A stretch of 63,542 bases of DNA, the filler included, from Octopus bimaculoides (Eukaryota): assembly GCF_001194135.2 (NCBI RefSeq). It is 7 parts of 6 records of this genome, joined end to end, with 100 filler letters (N's around TTAATTAATTAA, not from the genome) between each part and the next. Parts side by side here need not be neighbours in the genome. Positions count along the whole stretch, not along the records: positions 13,090 to 18,089 come from NC_068983.1; positions 18,190 to 35,391 come from NC_069007.1; 5 more parts are not named here. One strand, written 5' to 3'. Below are positions 13,130 to 24,934 of this stretch, piece after piece. A program made the position numbers and the translations under genes. Within the stretch, counting starts at the first letter, position 1. Each line of letters opens with the position of its first letter. The notes under the pieces were generated by a model that saw only the letters and a list, made by a program, of their open reading frames with translations, did no database searches and had not been told where the DNA came from.

Positions 13130-13622
13130 GTGCCCGGAGGAGGTAATGCTACTCTGCATCAAGAGGGTGGCTACTGGAACACTCTATGTCTGGCTACAGG
13201 ACTCTACACCATGCCAAACACCAGGAGAACACGGTCATGACTGTCAGAAATTTATGCGACTACGCCACACTTAACATCTGGCTACCAAACTCCCCAGACT
13301 TACAACACCCTTGAATACCTTGTGTGGAGCGCAGTTGAGCGAGTGTCCAACAATATTCTTTGTAACACCAAAGATAAGCTGCACGCGAGTATTATAGCAG
13401 CATTCACCAACTTAAGTTAGGAAACCATTCAGAAGAGTTGCAGGAGATTCGGAATTCGTCTGGAGCCGTGGTTGAAGCTAATGGTTAATTAATTGAATAT
13501 ATGTACCCTTTAATATTTAAAGATATTTTTACGTAACTTTGGTAAATACATCTGTTAAAATGAGATGTTAGTGGTATATTCATGTTTGCGTAATTTAGAC
13601 GACAGTTTATTCACGGCAGCGT
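13121..13622 (+). mobile_element. mariner (DD37D/maT-like) 3' half with terminal repeat, decayed
   Basis: YIQCPEEVMLLCIKRVATGTLYVWLQDSTPC...WLPNSPDL, followed by a TIR-like end. Confidence 0.8.
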
Positions 13623-13624
13623 GA

Positions 13625-14508
13625 AACGTCACCATTACTAGTGATCACTCCAGACACATGATGTTTGCTGGGTATTTGATTTTCATCACACTTGGTAGAT
13701 GTTTTGGGGACATGGCAAACCACTGGTTGTTCTCTGTGCTCAGCATCAGATCCTTGCAGAAACTTCTCGCCTGACAAAAAACAAAGCATTTTGTTTTGTA
13801 GAAGATGCTTGAATTTGTTCAAAAGCTTCATAGACAGGTCTTTCCTCTTGTTCTTGACGTCTTAAGATAAAATTGGCCCTTTCTCATCTTGTATGAGCAA
13901 TACTGAATGTCTTAATTCACAACCTGCTTGATAAGAAACTCAGACAGTTCCATGTCCCTGGTGATGGACCTGATTGTTTTGGTCGGATCGTTGTCAATCA
14001 TGACCTGGATTTCGCAAAGAAATCAAGGGATTTTTTTTCTTATCAGAACGATCAGAGTAGGTTTTCCGAGATGCCGTACCTTTGTAATCACCATTAGACT
14101 CACACAACTCTTTCCGAATCTTCCCCGCTGTTCTCAGATTAACATTAACATCCAAACACTAAGAAATGTTCGGATTAGAGCGTCCGGCATGAATGCTTCA
14201 GAGTACAGTATGTCGTTTCCAAATTTCTGGCAGAATGAATTGCGTCATGGTGCTGTTCCTCCAACAGACGATGCCCAACCCACCCTATTCTACTGTGTAG
14301 TCGACAAAATCAAGCACAAGCAATGGGTATACACGAAATTAACTATGCTTTCAGCGTGCAGTATTTCGTAGAGTTATATTGAACTTTAAAGACGTAGACT
14401 GTTAAAACATGATACACTTAAAAACCAGGTCATACGAATCGAACCAGAAGTGAACAAGAACGCCACCTAACGATATTTCACAATTATTTCTACTCATCAG
14501 TGTCATAT
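13625..14508 (-). mobile_element. mariner (same family) 5' half, decayed
   Basis: MTQFILPEIWKRH, IQVMIDNDPTKTIRSITRDM, KLLNKFKHLLQNKMLCFLSGEKF and GVITSNGDV, then an abrupt stop at the junction. Confidence 0.8.
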
Positions 14509-15065
14509 GTTTCATAGACACTCAAGATAAAGCAGCCTCGGTATCTATCTGAGAAAGTTTAAGGGATATTTTAATTACTTATACATGATTTTTAATGGCA
14601 GAGTTTTTTTCCCGCTCAGTTTTCTAAAGAATAAGTGCGCCTGTGTGTGTATGCTTGTATATATNNNNNNNNNNNNNNNNNNNNNNNNNNNNNATATATA
14701 TATATATATATATATATAAATTTAGAAAAACAGCTTTTTGCAACGTTGTACTGTAAAGGAAAATGATAGCCATCAATAAAATTTAACTAAGGCTCTGAAT
14801 TACACCTACATTGCTAGAAAGTGGGGCTAAAATGCTCCAATGTGCTTGCAAACCACGTAACATACTCTGATAGGGGCTGCAGTCGAATCTATAATTCCTT
14901 TGACTGACCAGCCATTTCGGCAATTTCCGTTGCCATCTTCAGTGAGGCTACCTCTTTCGGCTAGTTCCGGGCTAGCTCGCCTATGAGAGAATATATATTC
15001 ACCATAAAAATCTGCGTATACTAAAATTAATAAAAAAGATGTTTGAAACATTAAATAGGAAAATT

Positions 15066-15158
15066 ATAGTCATCTGCTAAATTTGACTAAGGGTATGAAT
15101 AACACCTTATCAATGTAAGTGTTATTCATACGCTTAGTCAAGTCTTGGTGATGATTAT
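15066..15158. repeat. Small hairpin/MITE-like inverted repeat
   Basis: ttgactaagggtatgaataacac (15083-15105) versus its reverse complement at 15119-15141, a 22/23 match, with weaker outer extensions. Confidence 0.75.
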
Positions 15159-16555
15159 GATATATATATAAACGTATGTATGAATGTATGTATGTATGCA
15201 TGAATATATGTATGTTTGAATGTATGTATTATGTATGCGAATGTCTCTGGGAGTGTGTCCAATTATGTGTGAATACTAGCTTGATCACGAACATAAAATT
15301 GAGAATTGTCCCCAGCGATGTTTTACAGCACCATTAAATATGACAGATCTAATTATCATATTCAGTTCCCAGTTTTTTGGATTTTTGTTTCTTTAAATTA
15401 TTACCAATATAAATTTGCTCGTTCGCATATATGTACATACAGAGACTTACACACACACACACACACACACACACACNNNNNNNNNNNNNNNNNNNNNNNN
15501 NNNNNNNNNNNNNNNNNNNNNNNNNNNNNNNNNNNNNNNNNNNNNNNNNNNNNNNNNNNNNNNNNNNNNNNNNNNNNNNNNNNNNNNNNNNNNNNNNNNN
15601 NNNNNNNNNNNNNNNNNNNNNNNNNNNNNNNNNNNNNNNNNNNNNNNNNNNNNNATATATATATATATATATGTATATGTGTATACATACATATAAAACA
15701 CACACACACACACATATATATATATATTTATATACATACATATGTAATAACCCACATACACATCACATATTTGCGTATACGAATTAATCCGTATGTTTCT
15801 TCCATTTTGAGATAAAACGATGACAAGACGCATAATGAAGTAAAAAAAAATACAAATCAAGGTTGCATGGCTTTGATAGCAAGTTAAATTAATATACACT
15901 CCACGTCTATGTTTCAATAAACTCATGCTAGGGCAAATGAGTAGATGCTAATCAAGCTAATCAATGATGTGTAATATCAAAGGTTGTTTGATAACAGCTT
16001 TTATGTCGATGGTTTATGTGGCTTGTGATTCTGTTATCTTTGAAATGTTATTGAATACGTATTATTTTATATGATATCTATAATAATATAAAAGTCAGAA
16101 ATAAAACTGGTATATTTTCTTTTCCTCTATAAGTTTATATATAAGTAGACGCTTTTTAAGTTCTTCATTTTTGTTGGTCACACGGTTAAGTCAATATCGG
16201 AACATTGCATTCAGCTAGGAATATTTCGTAGGGTTTCTTAAGACATGTGACATTTCTATGTCATGGTAGTTTCTTTGCTCTTGTTGAAGAAATTTGCAGA
16301 TGATTTATACATAGTGCCAGGGAGAATTATTTTGTATTCATTTTGATTTTGGTCCCATTTTGATTGTGTCCGTTTGAGGCAGCTGTTTAACTGATAAAAG
16401 TTACATGCTAAACTATTGTAGTATAGGTCACTCGTGAAAGCGATTGCAAAACGTATTTTGAGATCTAACATATCTTCCATTTCTCTAGGTTTCTCAGTTT
16501 AGAGGAAAAAAACTAGGATCAACATTTCAAGAATCTTGCCTATCACTCACCCCAC

Positions 16556-16626
<71 letters not shown>

Positions 16627-16699
16627 ATCTATTTATCTATCTATCTATTCACATGCTTTTGTATCAACAATTTCACATTTTTTCTAAGAAGAATACATG

Positions 16700-17500
16700 T
16701 CGAGTGAATTTCCAAAGTTTCTCTTCCATTAAAGAATACATTCTTCTACGGCGCACGATTATATCTTGGATATTCGAGATAACGTCTTGTAATTATCTAG
16801 GCGATCCTGTAACCATGTTTATGACTCAATATTCCAGTATTTCACATTGTCATCTAGCATCTTAGCAGCTCGCATAGAATGCGAGATACAAAAAAATGGC
16901 TTTGCAGGAATTTAAATATAAATGAGAAATTCTATTGGCTCTGGAAACCAGTTTGTGTCGAAATAGAGTGGCGTTTGTAGAATATATCAGAGGTTTCAAT
17001 ATACTCCACTTTTTCTAAAAAAATTATTTTTTATTATTATTCTCGAGCTGATTACAAATCCATTAGAGACCAATTGTTTATGTGGCTTCTTGATATTTAA
17101 GTATATCGATAATGGTATTTAAATCAAGAAATAGGTGTGAAGCGCGAAGTAAGACCTGGAAAATTAATCTTTATAACCAGGAACCGATTTCATTTCTCTC
17201 TTTTTTTTATAGTATTTGTGTTCTCGGGCGTTTTCTTTGATACTTTCGTCTGCATGCGGGATCACATTATTTTAATTAATAGTTTGATAATTGTGATACA
17301 TGTTAAGTTATGATTTTGAATATGTTTCAGGAAAGAAATTAGGTTCTGTTCTAAATCTGGAGTAGTACAAAATCATTCATATATTGTGCTTTTTGAAAGA
17401 GAATTGGTTATTTTGAATCAGTTTGACGAGGCCAATGAAAAAATAATGATATTAATATGCAAACATTTGAGGGCGTTTTGTTTTCCAGTATGTCAAATAA
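16700..17500 (-). mobile_element. Highly decayed Penelope-like 3' region (GIY-YIG remnant)
   Basis: Minus-strand remnants YIETSDIFYKRH and MEEKL occur in the same order as in the better-preserved EN at 52549. Confidence 0.4.
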
Positions 17501-18002
17501 TAGATATTTAATTTGCAATTTATGCTCATTATATGTATAAAAGCTTTAGCCGTTAGGGGCTTAAGGGAGATGTAGATCTGAATTTAAGTTGAAATTATAA
17601 CAAACTTAATGAGTATTGATTTGGTGAGAAATTAAATCTGCATGGTGTGTTTATTGCTTAACATGCTATGTTTCAGTAGACTATTTATATCATATTAAAC
17701 TTCGATTCAACAAAATTAGTAGAAAAACCGTGAATTACGTACAATGTTTTGTGTCTATATAAAGTAAGCGAGAATGAAAAACAATACGTATGTCGTAAAA
17801 CATTTTCTGAAAATGGAAATGTGAGTAGAAAAAAGGAAAGACCAAATAATCGAATTTCAGCGTGCTGAAAATCAAGTTCATTTTAAATTATCATCCTAAT
17901 ATTAAGCTTACCATTGAAATATAAGGGTCATGTACCTCGTAAAAATACAATTGATGCGAAGAGAAAAATAAATTCATAATTAAATCATGTAGAAATTTCT
18001 AT

Positions 18003-18044
<42 letters not shown>

Positions 18045-18269
18045 TTTGGGTTTTGTCCCTAATATTATATATATATATATATATATATANNNNNNNNNNN
18101 NNNNNNNNNNNNNNNNNNNNNNNNNNNNNNNNNTTAATTAATTAANNNNNNNNNNNNNNNNNNNNNNNNNNNNNNNNNNNNNNNNNNNNTAACCAGCCGA
18201 AATTGCAAAGATAATCTGGATCTCGACTGAGGAAAGAAAATTCCGAATGACCTGTCCTTGTTTTCTTTG

Positions 18270-18443
18270 TATCGTCTATCTGCATGTTTTGTTGTCCTTT
18301 TCTTGTATCACCTAACTGTCTGGATGTTTTGTGCTCTTGTCCCATTCTGTATTATATATAATACAGAATGGGACAAGAGCACAAAACATCCAGACAGTTA
18401 GGTGATACAAGAAAAGGACAACAAAACATGCAGATAGACGATA
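18270..18443. repeat. Perfect spacerless palindrome, 174 bp (2 x 87 bp)
   Basis: Checked base by base. Centre between 18356 and 18357 in TATATA, first mismatch at 18269/18444. Confidence 0.97.
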
Positions 18444-19059
18444 TTATATATATATATTGCACACAAATATATAGGTGCTACTTTGGCATGTGATCTACAA
18501 ATTAAAGGGCGATTACTTTAGTTTACTTAATTCTATTGCTACTTTAGTGTGTGGTCTACGCCAGTGCTCCACAACCAGTATGCCACGTAACACTGGTGTG
18601 TTATGAGATGCCACTAGGTACACTGCAGTGTAACCTGAAAATGATTTTTTCCCCTATACTTTTAGTTATATTTTGTAGTTCTGGTGTGCTGCCAAATTTT
18701 GAAAAGAATACAAGGGTACCACAAGTGAAAAACGGTTGCAGAGCACTGATCTACACGCTTATTTCAAATGTTTTTATTGCTTATTTTTGGTGTCTTATTA
18801 TTTACTAAAGATTTTTATAATGTGATTAGCAACAAGACAAAAACAGTTGCATTTTGACAAAGAAATGGTTCTTTTAGATGATGAAGAAACTGTTGAACCA
18901 TGTCAGCGTTGTGGTGGAGAAACAAAAAATGCTTAAAGAAAAGGAGAAAATGGTGAAGTTTTGCCAACTTTACATTGCAAAACTTGTGGCTGATAAACTT
19001 ATCAGTCTATTCATACCAGAAATGTTTTTTCCTGTTATACTGATCTAAATAACAAAATC

Positions 19060-19478
19060 CATTGCGATCTTTCTTTTTTTACTCTTTACTCTTTTACTTG
19101 TTTCAGTCATTTGACTGCGGCCATGTTGGAGCACCGCCTTTAGTCGAGCAAATCGACCCCAGGATTTATTCTTTGTAAGCCTAGTACTTATTTTATCGGT
19201 CTCTTTTTGCCAAACTGCTAAGTTACGGGGACGTAAACACACCAGCATCAGTTGTCAAGCGATATTGGGGGGACAAACACAGACACACAAACACACATAT
19301 ATATATACATATATACGACGGGCTTCTTTCAGTTTCCGTCTACCAAATCCACTCACAAGGCTTTGGTCGGCCCGAGGTTATAGTAGAAGACACTTGCCCA
19401 AGGTGCCACGCATTGGGACTGAACCCAGAACCATGTGGTTGGTAAGCAAGCTACTCAACACACAACCACTCCTGCACT
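19060..19478 (-). mobile_element. SINE family A, full-length well-preserved copy
   Basis: Complete tail-body-head with a short internal (CA)/(TA) repeat. Confidence 0.92.
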
Positions 19479-19559
19479 CTGTCAAATTTTAGAATTAATG
19501 TTTTGTCATATTCAAGATGTCTCTTATAACAAAGTGCATCAGTTAACTGATTGAATTAC

Positions 19560-20230
19560 TGAATCAATATGTAACTGGTTCAACATCTGTTGGGAAATTT
19601 GTTTCCGTTAATAAATTGTTTCCTTTAACAATCGCGGAACTCTAAAGCAAGAATTTGTCAGAAGTCCTCCAGGAAAGTGAAACGACCCGTGTTGCATGAC
19701 AAAAACAGTGAAGTTTGGGGATAAGAGTCTGATGCTTTGGGGATACATAAAAAATGATGGTTCAAAAAAGTTGGTTAAAACTGACAGTAACTTGAATAGT
19801 GCCAAATACATCCAGTTGCTGAAAGACAATATGATTACCAGACTTGGATGAAGGTGAGATTTTTCAGCATGATGGAGCTCCATGCCACAGATTATGTGCA
19901 ACACGACAGAGTGTGGCTGATGAAGGTGTTACCGTATTGAAAGATTGGCCAGCTCAGAGCCCTGACTTAAATATCATCGAGCAAATGTGGGCAGAACTAA
20001 AGAGAGGAGTTCATCAGAAGAATTCACACAATCCTGAAGAGATGTAGGAGCTCAGCCACAGAGAATGGCATCTCATACCTGTGAAGATGGTGAAGGATTT
20101 GTACGTATCTCTTCCCAGGTGCATTGAAGTAATTATTCAAGCTAAGGGGAGCCACACAAAACATTAACAATATACAGTAACTTCTTGAAATGAACATTAT
20201 GTAATAAATTTTCATTATAGACATTTTCCT
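19560..20230 (+). mobile_element. Tc1-like transposase C-terminal fragment, D-35-E spacing, pseudogenised
   Basis: KTVKFGDKSLMLWG...FQHDGAPCH...WPAQSPDLNIIEQMW...GSHTKH*, with an internal stop at 20045-20047. Confidence 0.88.
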
Positions 20231-21611
20231 GTTTTAAAATACTGTATCTTGATTGGTTTATGTGAGGTAGCTGAAAACTTTTGCCTGGCCATTTTTGGTG
20301 GTCGTCTTACACCTTCCCCTCTCATTCAGAACTCCAACTACAAACTATAATAATTAGGTATGAAAATGACTCCAACAGGGCGTAAAAAACACAATGTGAA
20401 ACATCCAGTTATAAGTTGGCAATTAGTAGAAATTTACAATAGTTTAAAGTGGCCAAAGACTTTTGCATGGTATTGTATATATATCTATATATTGAACACG
20501 CACACACACACACATAATACAAGAATTTCTGAAAAACTAAGAAAGCTAACAACAATAAAATTTTCGTCTTCTCTGATTCTGTGAGAATTCTCTGATTTTC
20601 GTCTTCTCTGATTTTGTGAGAATTCTTTCTTGTTTTTTCATTTGTATATTTTTTTAGTAGTAGGGCAGAACAATTCCAAAGATCCAATTTTGAACAGTAC
20701 CTCATTAAAAGACAAAAATTCCTTTTTCAGACCCCCTCCCCTCCTTTGCCTTTTCTACCCCTACTATAAGGGTTTCTGNNNNNNNNNNNNNNNNNNNNNN
20801 NNNNNNNNNNNNNNNNNNNNNNNNNNNNNNNNNNNNNNNNNNNNNNNNNNNNNNNNNNNNNNNNNNNNNNNNNNNNNNNNNNNNNNNNNNNNNNNNNNNN
20901 NNNNNNNNNNNNNNNNNNNNNNNNNNNNNNNNNNNNNNNNNNNNNNNNNNNNNNNNNNNNNNNNNNNNNNNNNNNNNNNNNNNNNNNNNNNNNNNNNNNN
21001 NNNNNNNNNNNNNNNNNNNNNNNNNNNNNNNNNNNNNNNNNNNNNNNNNNNNNNNNNNNNNNNNNNNNNNNNNNNNNNNNNNNNNNNNNNNNNNNNNNNN
21101 NNNNNNNNNNNNNNNNNNNNNNNNNNNNNNNNNNNNNNNNNNNNNNNNNNNNNNNNNNNNNNNNNNNNNNNNNNNNNNNNNNNNNNNNNNNNNNNNNNNN
21201 NNNNNNNNNNNNNNNNNNNNNNNNNNNNNNNNNNNNNNNNNNNNNNNNNNNNNNNNNNNNNNNNNNNNNNNNNNNNNNNNNNNNNNNNNNNNNNNNNNNN
21301 NNNGTGTGTGTGCTTGTTTATGTCTCCTTGTCTTGACATTGTATGATGGTTGTAAATGAGTGTCACTGTTATACAAGTAGTGTCATTCATTTCCAGTATT
21401 CAGCAAAAACATGTCTGGCCATGGGGTAATATTGCCTTGCTTGAAAGCATCAGAGTGTTGGTAACAGGAAGAGCTTCTACCCATAAGAAAATCTGCCTCA
21501 ATAAATTTCACAGGACCAACAAATGCATTGAAAAGAGGACATTAAAATGACAACGTTGATGATATAGAAAATATATCAAAGTGTAGTATATAATCGCATT
21601 TGAACCAAATT

Positions 21612-22025
21612 CGATGACTGGCACCCGTGCCAGTGGAGCGCTAACAGCACCGTTTGAGCATGATCATTGCCAGAGCAGCAGCTTGGCTTCTGTGCCAGTG
21701 GCACGTAAATAGCACCATTTAAGCGTCTTGAGTGTACAAGTCAACCTAGCATTTTTTTGGTAGTAAATTTTGGTTCTGAAAATTTTGACTTAATATGAGC
21801 GTGGCCGTTGCCAGTACCGCCGGACTGGCCTTCGTGCTGGTGGCACATAAAAGCATCCACTACACACTCGGATTGGTTGGTGTTAGGAAGGGCATCCAGC
21901 TGTAGAAACTCTGCCAGATCAGATTGGAGTCTGGTGCAGCCGTCTGGCTTCACCAGTCCTCAGTCAAATCGTCCAACCCATGCTAGCATGGAAAGCAGAT
22001 ATTAAACGATGATGATGATGATGCT
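21612..22025 (+). mobile_element. SINE-like family C with (GAT)n tail (also 21390-21560, 23300-23455, 26290-26740)
   Basis: gatgactggcacccgtgccagtgg...ggaagggcatccagctgtagaaac...ccaacccatgctagcatggaaag...gatgatgatg is shared among the copies. Confidence 0.85.
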
Positions 22026-22148
22026 GATGTAAGAAAATATGGTAGCTTTGCATCATTAGTTTTGGTTCAACCAAGTGTGATCTGGAGGTTAAACAGAAGC
22101 AACAACAGGTGAAATTACAGGTGGAAAATGTATGAAACATGTACTCAC

Positions 22149-22282
22149 TTGTTAGCGACCTGAACTAAATCTTCTTTGGTGGTTGCGAATATTCGATCTC
22201 TTTTTACCTGACGTAATGCATCAGTTATATCATGAAGGAAATACGTGAGTCCTTTGGAACTGGGTGGAACTGGTTTATCAAT
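22149..22282 (-). CDS. PITRM1: PITRM1 penultimate exon I (IDKPVPPSSKGLTYFLHDITDALRQVKRDRIFATTKEDLVQVAN-K/N), 134 bp
   Basis: ttctgtttgtag acceptor and gtgagt donor. Parallels human VDAPVAPSDKGMDHFLYGLSDEMKQAHREQLFAVSHDKLLAVSDR. Confidence 0.95.
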
Positions 22283-22370
22283 CTACAAACAGAACAAAAA
22301 AGTACATTATTATTACTGCTGAGAATTCATTGCAGATGGGTAGGACAGGTTGTTCAAATGAAAAATGACC

Positions 22371-22530
22371 GTAGGAGTGGCTGTGTGGTAAGTAGCTTGC
22401 TTACCAACCACATGGTTCCAGGTTCAGTCCCACTGCGTGGCACCTTGGGCAAGTGTCTTCTACTATAGCCTTTGGCCAACCAAAGCCTTGTGAGTGGATT
22501 TGGTAGACGGAAACTGAAAGAAGCCCGTCG

Positions 22531-22567
<37 letters not shown>

Positions 22568-22702
22568 TTGTATGTCTGTGTTTGTCCCCCTAGTATTTCT
22601 TGACAACTGATGCTGGTGTGTTTACGTCTCTGTAACTCGACTGAAGGCAGTGCCCCAGCATGGCCACAGTCAAATGACTGAAACAAGTAAAAGAGTAAAA
22701 GA

Positions 22703-22703
<1 letters not shown>
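22371..22703 (+). mobile_element. SINE family A with an internal deletion
   Basis: Head, (GT)n and tail present, with the middle segment missing. Confidence 0.88.
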
Positions 22704-22735
<32 letters not shown>

Positions 22736-23290
22736 GTAGACGTCCACACAGTGTACAATATTGTGAGGTTGTTGATTGAAGATATTGTGTCTACTGGGGG
22801 TTTGTACTGTTTGTCAAGTCACAAGGACCTCAGACAAACAGTATTTTACCCAATATGCATGCAGTTCCAAGAAATGCTGACTTTTGCAATACATCTAGAT
22901 TGTAGGGTATTTCTAAGGTTTTCAGATGTTTTTTTCAGATTCAGTGGTATTGAACGCAATGCCCCAATGACAATAGAGATAACCTTTATGTTTGACTCGT
23001 GTAGCTGCCACATCTTAGCAATCTCAGGTCTCAGGTTTCCGTTTTTATCAACTTTTTCTCTTTCTTTCATGATGATATGTTGATCTCCTGGTGCTGCCAC
23101 ATCCATTATTAGGCACTCTTGTTTGTCCCTCTTGAAGGTTACTATATCTGGCCTCTGGTGCTCTAACACCTTGTCTGTCTGGAAGTCAAAGTCCCAGAGG
23201 TATTTTGCCTTTCCCTTTTCATCCATTACCTTTTCTGGTGTATGTTGCTACCAAGCACACGTAACCTCATATCCATGCTTATGGCATAGT
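22704..23290 (-). mobile_element. 5'-truncated R4/Dong-clade non-LTR retrotransposon (restriction-like endonuclease), ending in (TAA)n
   Basis: AKYLWDFDFQTDKVLEHQRPDIV..D...CLIMDVAAPGD...KE.EK...IVIGAL is the RLE PD-(D/E)xK pattern. (TTA)n at 22704-22735 lies at its 3' end. Confidence 0.85.
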
Positions 23291-23459
23291 AGCCAGTGGA
23301 GGTTTTGGGCTACTTTGTCATGTCTACACTTGTACTCTTTCTGCACAAGACCATGCAACCTCGTGTGGCCCCCTGGCCGTACCAGTTCCAGTCAAGCCAT
23401 CCGGCCCATGCCAGCAGGGAAAATGGATGATAAATATTGATCATGATGGTGATGATCAT

Positions 23460-23630
23460 ACACACACATACACAAGCTCCTTTCAGTTTCTGTCTACCAA
23501 ATCTACCCACAAAGCTTTGACTGACCCAAAGCTTTAGAAGAAGACACTTGTCCAAGGTGCGAAGCAATAGGACTGAACCCAGTACCATGTAGATGGGAAG
23601 CAAACTTCTTAACCACGCACCCATGGCTGT
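23460..23630 (-). mobile_element. SINE family A head, diverged
   Basis: Reverse complement of the head at 22371-22530. Confidence 0.8.
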
Positions 23631-23741
23631 ACATTTAACAATATTTCCATCTGTCTCACTCACAGCTGACCTGGGGCTAAACAGCAGCAGCAGCAACAGC
23701 AAGAGCAACAACAATTATAACAACCACAAGGCATCACTAAC

Positions 23742-23856
23742 CTGTTGAAAGCAAGATAGTTTGGCTTCATTAACATGTTCATCTGTAAACTGACCACTCA
23801 CGGCCCACTCTATGGCCCGGTCAAATACGTCCAACGTTTGTAAGGAGTTTGGGTCG
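23742..23856 (-). CDS. PITRM1: PITRM1 internal exon H (DPNSLQTLDVFDRAIEWAVSGQFTDEHVNEAKLSCFQQ), 115 bp
   Basis: cctttctgtttcag acceptor and gttagt donor. Parallels human DPNTIETLQSFGKAVDWAKSGKFTQQDIDEAKLSVFST. Confidence 0.96.
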
Positions 23857-24286
23857 CTGAAACAGAAAGGAGAACATTATATTAGGGGTGGGGATTCTCG
23901 ATAGGCGGGTAGGTGGGTAGGTAGGAAGGAAGGAAGGGAGGAAGGAAGGAAGGAAGGAAAATAGGAAGGAAGGAAGGAAGGAAGGAAGAAAGNNNNNNNN
24001 NNNNNNNNNNNNNNNNNNNNNNNNNNNNNNNNNNNNNNNNNNNNNNNNNNNNNNNNNNNNNNNNNNNNNNNNNNNNNNNNNNNNNNNNNNNNNNNNNNNN
24101 NNNNNNNNAGGGGGGAGAGGAGGAGAAGAGGAGAGAGGAGGAGGAGAAGAGGAGGGAAGAGGAGAGAAAGAGGAGGGGAGAGGTGGGGGACAAATAAGGG
24201 AAATTAATTTTGAATGGAAGATAGTGACAGTAGGGAGATGATGGTGGTGATGGTGGGGGTGATGGTACTGTCATAGTAGTGTCATA

Positions 24287-24605
24287 GTGAAGGCTCGTGG
24301 CTTAGTGGTTAGGGCATGCGGCTCACGATCGTAAGGTCGTGAGTTCAATTCCCAGCAGCGCGTTGCGTCCTTGAGCAAGACACTTTACTTCACGTTGCTT
24401 CAGTCCACTTAGCTGTCATAAATGAGTAGGACCTGTATTTCAAGGGGTTAGCCTTGTCACGCTCTGTGTCATGCTGAGTCTCCCTGAGAACTATGTTAAG
24501 GGTACGTGTGTCTGTGGAGTACTCAGTCACTTGTACGTTAATTTCACAAGCAGGCTGCTCCATTGGATCAAGTGGTACATTCGTCTTCATAATTGATGAA
24601 GTGCT
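24287..24605 (+). mobile_element. tRNA-derived SINE family B
   Basis: gtgaaggctcgtggcttagtggttaggg...gagttcaattccc head. The body is shared in reverse with 31490-32050 and 63215-63542. Confidence 0.88.
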
Positions 24606-24865
24606 AATAATGGGAGGGGGGGCGGTTCATAACGGTGGAGTTGGTGGTAGTGGTTATTGGTGGTGGTGGTGGTGGAACTTGTAGTAATGATAAAATGGTA
24701 ATGATAGTAGTAGTGGTAGCAGTGATGATGATGACAATGATGCTGATGACAGTAATAAAGATGATGATGATGATGGAGGAGGTGGTGATGGTGACAATGG
24801 TTATGATGCTAATGTTGATGGCAGTGATGATGATGATGATGATGTTGATTAGAATAAAACCTCAC

Positions 24866-24934
24866 CGATATGAAAAGAAGTTGAAAGTGCTGTCACCGTT
24901 TAAGGCGCCGCTTCCATAGGCTCCACCTTTCTCT
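24866..24934 (-). CDS. PITRM1: PITRM1 internal exon G (EKGGAYGSGALNGDSTFNFFSY-R), 69 bp
   Basis: ccttttgtag acceptor and gtgagg donor. Contains the conserved M16C REKGGAYG motif and S-Y-R leading to SYRDP. Confidence 0.97.

Noticed and set aside
16256-16480. 74-aa minus-strand ORF (MEDMLDLKIRF...)
   Set aside because: No recognisable family or splice signals, and within chance expectation.
20640-20778. Possible PITRM1 last exon (ETLIVGVEK... or YCSKLDLW...)
   Set aside because: No convincing similarity to the YL...ILGP...W C-terminus, and the only in-frame acceptor is a weak GAG.
22026-22083. Acceptor-like ctccag about 65 bp after exon I
   Set aside because: The in-frame translation (SHLVEPKLMMQSYH) is unlike PITRM1 and runs into a SINE tail.
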